From positions 5,218-69,217 of IMG/VR virus record IMGVR_UViG_3300032731_001452: DNA of 64,000 nt; one strand, written 5' to 3'. Source of the DNA: a virus. Positions within the stretch are counted from its first letter, which is position 1; every line of letters begins with the position of its first letter. Made by a program: the position numbers and the translations under genes. Below, piece after piece: positions 56,511-64,000 of this stretch. The notes under the pieces were generated by a model that saw only the letters and a list, made by a program, of their open reading frames with translations, was not told where the DNA came from and ran no database searches.

Positions 56511-57065
56511 CTACTCGCTCTTGATAACGACGGAAGGCTTGGCACCAGGCTGTGGCGACACGAGATTCTTCTCATAGTCCACGAAGACGGGGAACGGGTA
56601 AGTGGTCACCTTGCTCTCGACGTAGACTGGCGTGACTGCGCCGTCGTAGACGCACCGAACCCACGTGGCGATCGAATTTTTGGAGGAGTACAAACCGTTA
56701 GGCTCAGCCTGCTCGATAACAACCGGCCCTGTTTCACGCACCAACGGATTCGTCAGGCTCGTATCGTACGGAATGGGGTAGGCGATACTCGGACAGTCGA
56801 ATTCGACGATACCGGTATCACTCCGTACGACCGTCCAGGTCGACACGTTCTTGTTGCGGGCTTCGTAGAGCTGGATAGCGGCGTCCCGCTCGGTGCTGTA
56901 ATCAAACCGAGGAACGGGTTGCGCGATCAGCATCTGCTCCATGGTCGTGTTGGTCTGACGACGCTCCTGATCGGCCGCGCTGTCGCAGTCGCTGTTTCCC
57001 ATCGTGAAAACGATGATTGCGACGAGGCCTACAAAAGCCAACAGGGTTCGGATGGTGTACTTCAT
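56511..57065 (-). CDS. Conserved phage exported/lipoprotein-like protein
   Basis: Signal/TM N-terminus, QPVPRFDYSTER, CPSIAYPIPY and QAEPNGLY. Confidence 0.7.
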   Translation of the reverse strand: MKYTIRTLLAFVGLVAIIVFTMGNSDCDSAADQERRQTNTTMEQMLIAQPVPRFDYSTERDAAIQLYEARNKNVSTWTVVRSDTGIVEFDCPSIAYPIPYDTSLTNPLVRETGPVVIEQAEPNGLYSSKNSIATWVRCVYDGAVTPVYVESKVTTYPFPVFVDYEKNLVSPQPGAKPSVVIKSE

Positions 57066-57078
57066 GGTCTTGTTCTCC

Positions 57079-57477
57079 TTAGTGGTTGTTGATGAAGGTT
57101 TCTACAGATTCGGGCAGAGCGCCTTTGGGTACACGCTGAGCTTCGGTCTTGATGCGGGTCTCGAGGGCGTCACGCTGTGCCCGCTGGCCCGCGATGACAA
57201 CATCGTACTGGCCGGCGTCATTGTCGGCCTGGTACTTGGCGATCTCAACGTCCAGATCGTGGTACTCGGTGACCAACTGCAGCAGCTGCGTCTCCTTGCT
57301 CTCCACGTACTGGTGACTCTCTTTGAAGGCTGCGCGTTCGAAGCCAAGGAAAGCGGGCTTGACGGATAAAATCAACAGCATGAACAGGATCACGCACGCG
57401 GCAAAAATACCGGTGTAGATGAGGGTCTTCTTCGCCAGCCATCCGTCACTCGGGAGTTCGTCTTTCCAGTCATTCAT
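57079..57477 (-). CDS. Membrane-anchored coiled-coil protein paired with the exported protein
   Basis: One TM helix, ERAAFKESHQYVES motif. Confidence 0.7.
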   Translation of the reverse strand: MNDWKDELPSDGWLAKKTLIYTGIFAACVILFMLLILSVKPAFLGFERAAFKESHQYVESKETQLLQLVTEYHDLDVEIAKYQADNDAGQYDVVIAGQRAQRDALETRIKTEAQRVPKGALPESVETFINNH

Positions 57478-57494
57478 CGTCTTTACCTTTTCTG

Positions 57495-57517
57495 AAAGTT
57501 TGCACGGTGCAAACTTT
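57495..57517. repeat. Dispersed palindrome copy 5 (variant spacer, opposite orientation)
   Basis: aaagtttgc-acggt-gcaaacttt. Confidence 0.9.
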
Positions 57518-57625
57518 TTTACTCACCAAAACATCCCCACATTTTCGCAAACCAAAGAAGCCAAACGGCAATCGCCGGCCCCATAATGATAGCGGTCCCC
57601 ACCCACTTCCGTATATCGGTTACCA

Positions 57626-59158
57626 CTATTCCGGCTTGTAGAATCGAATCGCGTACGTCCCGACGGGAATGTGTACATCCACGCCAGGCGACACGTCATC
57701 GAACTCGACGGTTTTCGGAATCACGCTCACCTTCGGTTCCTCTTTCGGAACCGTACCGCCGAAGTACTCTTCAATTTGCAATGGAACGGGTACGCCAAGC
57801 GCGCGAAGTTGTTCCGCCGCCTTGAACATCTCGACGTCCTTATCGGTGAGGCCGCTCACGAAGGCAATCTTGACGTCGGTAGAGACCGAGCTTGGCTTCG
57901 TCGCTCCTTCCGTTACCATCCGAGCCCGCGGCTTCAGGGGTTTAGGCGGAGCGGCAATAGGCGCGGTTTCTTCTTGGCGCTCACGCGTCTCCTTCTTCCA
58001 CCGTGCGGTCGTTCGTAAAATCGCCTCCAAACTCGCGTCTTTCAGATATTCTGCCGTTCCTTCTTCCAACTTATGAGCCCACTTAGCCGCTCTGCCGATA
58101 TGATTCCCGGTTTCACGATCCATATCCGAATAATTGATGACACCAACAGCCTTAGCCGCCGCGAAGTATGCCGTAAGGACTTGTCGTGTTTTTTGTATCA
58201 CCTTCTTGCTAACTACCTGCTTACGCCGCGGCTTCTTCTTCCGCTTCGGCGGGGTAGGTGATTTCTCCTCTAGTTTTTTCGACGCTTTCGGCCACACGTC
58301 CTCCATTTTGGCGTCCATCTTTTTCCTCAATTCTTTGTTTTGTGTTTTTAAACGTCGCGACGCTATCCCACGACCAAAGATTGCCTTCGCGGCTTTTTGG
58401 ATCTCAACGATTGTTGGGACTTTACCCTTCTTACTAGCAGCGTCTTGAGTCCAACGGTTTAACCACTGATGCTGAATTGCATGGAGCGCCTTCAAGCGTT
58501 CATAAGGCTCGCCGTACGGCGCGCACTTTGCGCCATCTTCAAACCACGCCTTCTGGATTTTACGAGCTTCTACGCGAACGAGATTCTTGACGTCGAAAAC
58601 CGATTTCCCTTCATCGCCACAAAGACCCGTAACGCGTTCGATCAACACGTCTGGTTGCAAGACGAGTTCCGGTCGTTCTTCGAGAATGAGAAGCGTCGCG
58701 TCGGTCACCTGTTGAATCGCAGACTTCTGCGCATCGCCATTGGCCTTCACAGCTGCGCGGTTAGCCACCGCCAACCCTTTGGCGTCCAACTCCGCCTGCT
58801 CTTCTTCCCTGGCGTTTTTCGCGTTAATAACCCGCTGCTTCTTGGCGTTCTGGATAGCCTTGATACCCACGTGCTGAACCACTTCGCCGACGTCCCTCTT
58901 CATGGTCGCCCACTTCCTGTGCGTGACGACAACGGGTATCTCGGCTTCCTTAGCGACAGCGCGGGCGGCGTTGATTCCTCTGTGATCGCACACGTCCGCC
59001 ATCACGATGATGATGTCGCAACCTTTCGGGCCGTTGATCGGCTTGAATTTACCCTTCGAGGCCGTGTGTTCTTTGACCTCAATACCAAGTGTGAGTAGGT
59101 TTTTCGCCGTGATGCCGAATGCGTATCTCTCTTCGCCACCTACGATCATTGCTCTCAT
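57626..59158 (-). CDS. DUF2325-like N-terminal domain protein, basic C-terminal half
   Basis: MIVGG...CDIIIVMADVCDH...AKEAEIPVV. Confidence 0.65.
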   Translation of the reverse strand: MRAMIVGGEERYAFGITAKNLLTLGIEVKEHTASKGKFKPINGPKGCDIIIVMADVCDHRGINAARAVAKEAEIPVVVTHRKWATMKRDVGEVVQHVGIKAIQNAKKQRVINAKNAREEEQAELDAKGLAVANRAAVKANGDAQKSAIQQVTDATLLILEERPELVLQPDVLIERVTGLCGDEGKSVFDVKNLVRVEARKIQKAWFEDGAKCAPYGEPYERLKALHAIQHQWLNRWTQDAASKKGKVPTIVEIQKAAKAIFGRGIASRRLKTQNKELRKKMDAKMEDVWPKASKKLEEKSPTPPKRKKKPRRKQVVSKKVIQKTRQVLTAYFAAAKAVGVINYSDMDRETGNHIGRAAKWAHKLEEGTAEYLKDASLEAILRTTARWKKETRERQEETAPIAAPPKPLKPRARMVTEGATKPSSVSTDVKIAFVSGLTDKDVEMFKAAEQLRALGVPVPLQIEEYFGGTVPKEEPKVSVIPKTVEFDDVSPGVDVHIPVGTYAIRFYKPE

Positions 59159-59403
59159 TAGCCTAATTCACCTTTCTTGACGTCAACGTACACGCCCTTG
59201 AAACAGGGTTCCAAGTGCTCGTTTTGTCCAATACCAACCGATTCCATGCTAACCCTCACCTCAGCAGCTGTGATTAGCTCATAACCCTGCTTCTGGATAT
59301 CCTTCTCAATAAGTTTGACGATCTCGTCCTCATCGAACACCAGTGTCATCTTGGGCATTAATACACTCCGGGTACTCGTTCCATTAGTTATTCCTCGTCG
59401 CAA
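59158..59403 (-). CDS. Small hypothetical protein
   Basis: Start likely internal (MPKMTLVF). Confidence 0.5.
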   Translation of the reverse strand: MRRGITNGTSTRSVLMPKMTLVFDEDEIVKLIEKDIQKQGYELITAAEVRVSMESVGIGQNEHLEPCFKGVYVDVKKGELG

Positions 59404-59762
59404 TACTCAACACGTATTCTAGCGTCACCGTCGAGAACGAAGACCTTACCCGCCGTCGGGTTCGCAGCCCACGCGCGAATCTCATCTAAAGATTCTTGTG
59501 ATAAAACGCCGCCTTCGACAACAACCACGCGCTGGCGCGGAAAGCGCTTCTTGACTTTTTCAGCCAACTCGCAAAGCTCCATGTCGTATGGCGGATCTTC
59601 ACGCAGCACCTGCTCTTCAATGGTTATCTCGGACCCGCAAGACAACCGGATGAGTACGGCGTCGTGACCGAATGAAGCGTCGAGATATGGCCGAAAACCA
59701 TTCACATGTTTGTCTTCAACGCCAACGCTAATTTTTACGTTTTTCATGATTCTTTCAGCCAC
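59388..59762 (-). CDS. Hypothetical protein
   Basis: About 120 aa in the array. Confidence 0.55.
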   Translation of the reverse strand: MAERIMKNVKISVGVEDKHVNGFRPYLDASFGHDAVLIRLSCGSEITIEEQVLREDPPYDMELCELAEKVKKRFPRQRVVVVEGGVLSQESLDEIRAWAANPTAGKVFVLDGDARIRVEYCDEE

Positions 59763-60115
59763 TGTTCGTTAACCAGTTCAATCGCCACTGTTTCTTCAAT
59801 ACCATTGTCTACCAACCACTCAATCCACTCTTCCTTGGTCGAAGCCAGGTAGGCGCTCCACTTCTCTTTCGGTAAGTAGTCCGAAACGTCGATGTCGACC
59901 CATCCCGGCATGATGGAATCAATCGCATGACGAAGACCGATACCCTCGCAAACCTCATCAAAAGTTTTCTGCGCTTCGTCTAACTTTTGTTGCGCCAACC
60001 TCAACGCTTCCCTTTTGTCAGGTGCGACAAAACCGTAAGCGAAATCGCAACGCTTGAAATTACAACCCTTCTTGTAGAGCGTGATCGCCAAATTTCTAGT
60101 TATTTCGTCCATCAT
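59744..60115 (-). CDS. Hypothetical protein
   Basis: 123 aa with GGAGG RBS. Confidence 0.6.
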   Translation of the reverse strand: MMDEITRNLAITLYKKGCNFKRCDFAYGFVAPDKREALRLAQQKLDEAQKTFDEVCEGIGLRHAIDSIMPGWVDIDVSDYLPKEKWSAYLASTKEEWIEWLVDNGIEETVAIELVNEQWLKES

Positions 60116-60441
60116 TCACCTCCTTGGCGGTCTTTCGAACGTCTATACTCATCGATCCGCTCAAACATCGCCCGGACCGCCGGTTCACAAGTGCGTTCAG
60201 TCAGTACGCCAATAACCTTGCAACGCTTCCCGTCATAAGAAGGACAAGCGTCGGTATGGCACGGATAACCGTCAAACCGCTCACGGTTCCAAGTTGGCTC
60301 AATATCCTGGTTTCTAAGGTCGAACTTCAATTCGGTTAAATCCAGCATGTCATTCGCTCCCAAATAGACCGTCGAGCACCTCTTTACCGAGCTGAACGGC
60401 GTCACTTTTGGCCGTTTCGACCAAAATATCTCTGATTTCAC
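60112..60441 (-). CDS. Small Cys-rich hypothetical protein
   Basis: CHTDACPSYDGKRCKVIG...CEPAV; start probably ATG near 60348. Confidence 0.55.
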   Translation of the reverse strand: MKSEIFWSKRPKVTPFSSVKRCSTVYLGANDMLDLTELKFDLRNQDIEPTWNRERFDGYPCHTDACPSYDGKRCKVIGVLTERTCEPAVRAMFERIDEYRRSKDRQGGE

Positions 60442-60784
60442 CCACTATCTGGTAGGTTTCGTAGGCGTAGGCCCCCGCGAGAACAGCAATAACTAACGCC
60501 GCGCCAGCCACAATCCGAGCTACCCAGTCTTCATTCTTCATCTCGTTACCCCTTTGCGAAACCTTGTCGACCGGTTCCCATTCGCCACACGCCTCAAAAC
60601 ACGGCGGAAACCTTCCATTATCTTGCCATTCCGAGCCCGCGAAGCCTTTGCGCGCAAACACCTGCGGCGGATGAGCGGTGCACTTGGACGACTTCATGAC
60701 ACTCGGTAATTCTTCAAACGGCTCCGGCGGTACGTACCACCGACACTCCTCGTGAGACTCTAACGTCGGCTTCTCCGGTTTCAT
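60350..60784 (-). CDS. Hypothetical protein (Cys motif plus C-terminal TM helix)
   Basis: Probable start MKPEKPTL in an ATGA overlap. Confidence 0.5.
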   Translation of the reverse strand: MKPEKPTLESHEECRWYVPPEPFEELPSVMKSSKCTAHPPQVFARKGFAGSEWQDNGRFPPCFEACGEWEPVDKVSQRGNEMKNEDWVARIVAGAALVIAVLAGAYAYETYQIVGEIRDILVETAKSDAVQLGKEVLDGLFGSE

Positions 60785-61260
60785 GAAACACCCAACTTCT
60801 CGATGGCTTCCACCACCTGTTCGTCCATCAGGCCCTCGTATCCGGTCGTCTTGACCAAACAATCACCGATAGCGTCCATGTCCATGGAATCATCGTCGAT
60901 GGCGATGTACGTCGCCTCAGTAAGTCCTACGTCCTTCAACCACTATTGAATCTGAAATCCGCGCACACCATCGTGCCCGTTGCCCGTTTTACCAATCACG
61001 TTGCCCACGAACCCATGGGCGTCCAACAGCGCCTGCAACTCTTTAGCTGAGCGGCCAATTCGCCAAGTCGACGATACGACAACGGCCGCTCCGGTGGCCT
61101 CAACAATCCGATTAAGCCGCGCAACCGCTTCTACGTCTACGTTTTCGAAGAAGAACCCATCCTTATTCTTCCCCGCGTCGTTCATCCGCTCCATCCAGAT
61201 GAGACTATTCAGCACGCCGTCTACGTCAAGGAAGATGAGCTTATTGAAAGTATTTCTCAT
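60781..61260 (-). pseudogene. HAD-domain protein (Swiss-army-knife RNA repair HAD-like) interrupted by an in-frame TAG
   Basis: IFLDVDGVLN, VVSSTWR and RGFQIQ*WL...YIAIDD...GL; TAG at 60943-60945. Confidence 0.8.
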
Positions 61261-61526
61261 TGCAGCGCCATCTCCTTAATCCACGCGCCGCCGCCGTTTT
61301 CGATGTTGTCGTAACTCACGACGAACCGCGCCCCTTCAAACGTGTTGAATTCGATGTCAAGATAATCCAGTTCGTCGTACCAACTATCCGACAGTTCGTC
61401 TTCGCCGATTTCAGTCAAGAAAGAGGTGGTCACGACTATCGCAGCCCCGATTCGTTTCTTGAACACGCCCAAGAACTCTGTTTGTTCGTCGTAACGGCGT
61501 TTGGAATAGGCGATGTAAACCTTCAT
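61257..61526 (-). CDS. Hypothetical protein
   Basis: MKVYI...EFLGVF motif. Confidence 0.6.
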   Translation of the reverse strand: MKVYIAYSKRRYDEQTEFLGVFKKRIGAAIVVTTSFLTEIGEDELSDSWYDELDYLDIEFNTFEGARFVVSYDNIENGGGAWIKEMALQ

Positions 61527-62084
61527 CGATCAAACCCTCCTTCGTACTTCTTCTTGAGTCGCAGGTACTTGATGTAATCGGCGTTCAACTTCAGTCCGAC
61601 CTCGAACCCAGCCCCGGTTTTGTCCATAACGTTCCCCAGGATCTCGGGTTCCTTCACCATGCAGTTGAAACAGCCGGTCTGGTAAAACTCGATAATCTCG
61701 TGTTTATCGGCTACCCGAACGGCTGTCACGCGCCATCCGGATGGGTACACGTCGTGGTCGCCGTGTCCGGTACCACCGCCGCACATCTCAACGGCGATCA
61801 CTCTGAACCTGGCGGTTCCGCGGCTTTCGTCGGTGGCGTCCACGTCCAATTCGTGCTCAACGTCCCGACTGAACCCGTCGACCGTTTCTGCGTGACGGAA
61901 GCAAACCATATGACTTTTATACGCCAACCCCACCGTAATGGGCTTTTTCCGCGTCCGCTACCATGTCGCGAACCTTGAGGCCAGCGTCTGTCACGTACTC
62001 AACGGATTTCGACGCATACTCCCCCAGTACGAACCCTTCGCTCGTGATGATATCGCCTTCTTGAACTAGCTGTACGTCTTCCAT
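61523..62084 (-). pseudogene. Phage hypothetical gene apparently split by a frameshift
   Basis: 5' ORF 61917-62084 (MEDVQLVQEGDIITSEGF) overlaps in another frame with ORF 61523-61933 (GGGTGHGDHDVYPSGW) near G-AAAAA-G. Confidence 0.5.
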
Positions 62085-62363
62085 CTACTTCTCCTCCAAC
62101 GCGTCCTCGAGCTTGTCGGCCCAACAATCCAACACGTTAGCAACGAACCCGTGTATGGCTCGAATGTTTTCAGCTCGATGGTGCATTTGCCGCACCACCT
62201 TCGACGCTTCTGATTCGGCCGGATTCGATTCCAGCACCATCAACCGCGTGTTCAGCGACTCCACGATTTCGTTGGGCGACAACCGCCCGTCTTCAACAAA
62301 CGTCTTCAAAGTAATCAGCGCTTCGGTCGTTCGTTTGATCTTCTCGGACTGCGTGTAGCTCAT
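62085..62363 (-). CDS. Hypothetical protein
   Basis: 92 aa, coupled. Confidence 0.6.
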   Translation of the reverse strand: MSYTQSEKIKRTTEALITLKTFVEDGRLSPNEIVESLNTRLMVLESNPAESEASKVVRQMHHRAENIRAIHGFVANVLDCWADKLEDALEEK

Positions 62364-62569
62364 GATTCCTCGCTCTTGTTGTCAACGAAGTCCGGATCTA
62401 AATATCGCGCCGGAATACCCATTTCCCGAAACATCCGCGCCTCGAACACCTTCCGCGTCTCGCGGTACGCCCCATAACGCGCGAACTCGAGGTCGGCCGC
62501 CACTATCGGAATAATCTGCAATGCTTCACGTCGTCGAATGTGTTCGGCGATTTCTTGATCGAACATCAT
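62360..62569 (-). CDS. Small hypothetical protein
   Basis: 69 aa, coupled. Confidence 0.55.
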   Translation of the reverse strand: MMFDQEIAEHIRRREALQIIPIVAADLEFARYGAYRETRKVFEARMFREMGIPARYLDPDFVDNKSEES

Positions 62570-63519
62570 TCCGTTTCCTCCACGGCTTCACCCAAAGCCG
62601 CCGATGTGTCGTTCCACAATATGTTAAATTCGGTCTCGAATTCCGGCGTGCCCACCATCGGCTTCGTCATCCGCAACCATTCCCGAAGCAATTCCGAAAA
62701 GTTTGCGGCTTGCAAACTTTCAGAAAACAAAATTTTTCCGATCGAATTCCCGCTCGCCCACAAATCCGCCATCCGCAAAACCACCATCCCCGCGAATTCG
62801 TACTGGTCGCCGTCTTCGCCGTCCAACGTACTACTCAGCAAAGCCAACACGCCGTTCCGGTCCAATCCCACAACAAGCGGAATTGCAAACCGCCCGCGCA
62901 ACGACGTCAAGGCGCCGACCTCCACGTTCAAAATACCCGCTGCCGTTTCGTCATTCGTTAATGCTAGCAAGTAAACCGCCGGCAACCGCCACCCTTGCTC
63001 TTCTGGCCGATCGTTCCGCCATCCGCTTCCACGGCCCCAGTCGCCCGTCATCAGCGAAATCCGCACCAACCCTTCGATAAACCGCAACTGGTCCAACGTT
63101 TCGCTATTCCCGCCCCAACCTTTTCCTTCCCCCGCCAACTTTTCAGCCAGCGTAATCCCCTTCCCAGGGTCTCCAGAGCACCGTTCTCTCTGCCGGTCAC
63201 TGGGGCGCCCGTCAAACGAAAACGTCGGCCGTTCACCGCGGACCTTGGGCGAATCGCCGTTAGGCGATTTCGACCAGTCCACGTTTGCAACGCCGTCCAC
63301 TTCACAAAGCCAGGCGTGCGCCTCGGGGAACAGCGCGGCGAACTGTTCCGTCACAGACGGCAGCTTCACGGGCGGCGGTTCGTAGTTCGTTGTCGACGGT
63401 GCCTTCTTTACCAGGTGGTCCGGTGTCTTCATCGTGCGCGCTCCCTCTTCGATCGTAGCGCCGTCACCGCCAGTGGTTGCTGGTTGGGCCGTCGTGCTGT
63501 GGTCGTTTCGTTTGTTCAT
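62566..63519 (-). CDS. Hypothetical protein, first gene of the early-type array; contains an in-frame palindrome copy
   Basis: 317 aa downstream of a promoter; FSESLQAANFSE. Confidence 0.6.
   Translation of the reverse strand: MNKRNDHSTTAQPATTGGDGATIEEGARTMKTPDHLVKKAPSTTNYEPPPVKLPSVTEQFAALFPEAHAWLCEVDGVANVDWSKSPNGDSPKVRGERPTFSFDGRPSDRQRERCSGDPGKGITLAEKLAGEGKGWGGNSETLDQLRFIEGLVRISLMTGDWGRGSGWRNDRPEEQGWRLPAVYLLALTNDETAAGILNVEVGALTSLRGRFAIPLVVGLDRNGVLALLSSTLDGEDGDQYEFAGMVVLRMADLWASGNSIGKILFSESLQAANFSELLREWLRMTKPMVGTPEFETEFNILWNDTSAALGEAVEETE
62698..62720. repeat. Dispersed palindrome copy 6
   Basis: Identical 23-mer inside a CDS, same frame as copy 1. Confidence 0.95.
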
Positions 63520-63526
63520 GGTGTCC

Positions 63527-63556
63527 TTTGTACCGCAGTTAGCTAACTCCTGTCAA
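63527..63556 (-). promoter_or_regulatory. Sigma70 promoter with AGTTAGCTAACT spacer palindrome
   Basis: TTGACA-18-TACAAA; 12-bp palindrome at 63537-63548. Confidence 0.7.
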
Positions 63557-63599
63557 GGAAGGAATCGCTCGGTTTTCTGGGGAATTTTTTCAGGCAGGA

Positions 63600-63925
63600 C
63601 GTTACGCAGGTAAGCTGGGGGAAAAGGTAACTTTTTGGGAAGGTAAGCTTCTGGGGAGAGTAAACGTTGTTGTGGAGAGGGTTAGCTTGAAGTTGACAGC
63701 GTAAGCTGGAACGGGGACGGGAGGGGAATAAGACGTGTTGGCGTCAGCTTAAGCTGGGGTGGGGGTTAACTAGAACAAGAGTTAGATGGTGTGGGGTGGG
63801 GGAACTTTTTACGTTTTTGGGGTGAAAATTTTCGTGGACGTCTGGGAGGGCGTGGTGTGTCTCACACGTCGTGAGACAGACTGACCCCCACCCCTTTTTG
63901 AGACACTTATTGAGACACTTCTGAG
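63600..63925. repeat. Non-coding G-skewed region with short repeats
   Basis: Four TAAGCT copies, most followed by G-runs; TGTCTCAC-N5-GTGAGACA; TTGAGACACTT x2. Confidence 0.5.
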
Positions 63926-64000
63926 CGGTATTCATGTACCGTTCAGACGGTCAAGATCTGCCCCATTTCAGCCCCCGATCTAACCTCCAATCCCACGATC

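Noticed and set aside
57586-57597. GACCGCTATCAT as another promoter copy
   Set aside because: Mismatched, and probably inside a small membrane-peptide ORF.
16000-62720. The 23-bp palindrome as a CRISPR repeat or IS end
   Set aside because: Copies are kilobases apart, with no spacer array, cas gene or transposase.
1-64000. Genome-wide stop-codon recoding (TAG or TGA)
   Set aside because: Core genes are intact in code 11 and end properly in TAG, TGA or TAA with tight coupling; only one interrupted TAG was seen.

Overview
A 64-kb segment of a large myovirus-type dsDNA phage genome with no host housekeeping context. A Cys-cluster gene weakly hints at a Myxococcota/Desulfobacterota-like host, which is inference only. 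From left to right: (1) a minus-strand head/neck/tail module (tail sheath, neck genes, major capsid, prohead protease-scaffold, portal); (2) a plus-strand operon joining packaging and replication (TerS, TerL, DnaC-like ATPase, DnaB, Dam, a Zn-ribbon/DnaA-C fusion); (3) a virion-appendage block with LamG and beta-helix proteins and a sulfotransferase; (4) RecA and RecQ, each with a LAGLIDADG intein in the Walker A motif; (5) two metalloproteases; (6) an RNA island at about 46.3-51.3 kb with 7 tRNA/tRNA-like genes, an HNH endonuclease, a complete tmRNA, a second tmRNA-like mini-RNA and a ~900-nt hairpin-dense non-coding region; (7) a run of small early-type genes ending in a repetitive non-coding stretch. 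The most unusual signals are the RNA island, a 23-bp palindrome present six times (twice in-frame inside genes), and a small operon of an aberrant tRNA (possible UCA anticodon), a UGA-terminated ORF whose read-through frame contains RAPP, and a translationally coupled gene. All calls come from reading motifs by eye; no database searches or folding programs were run.
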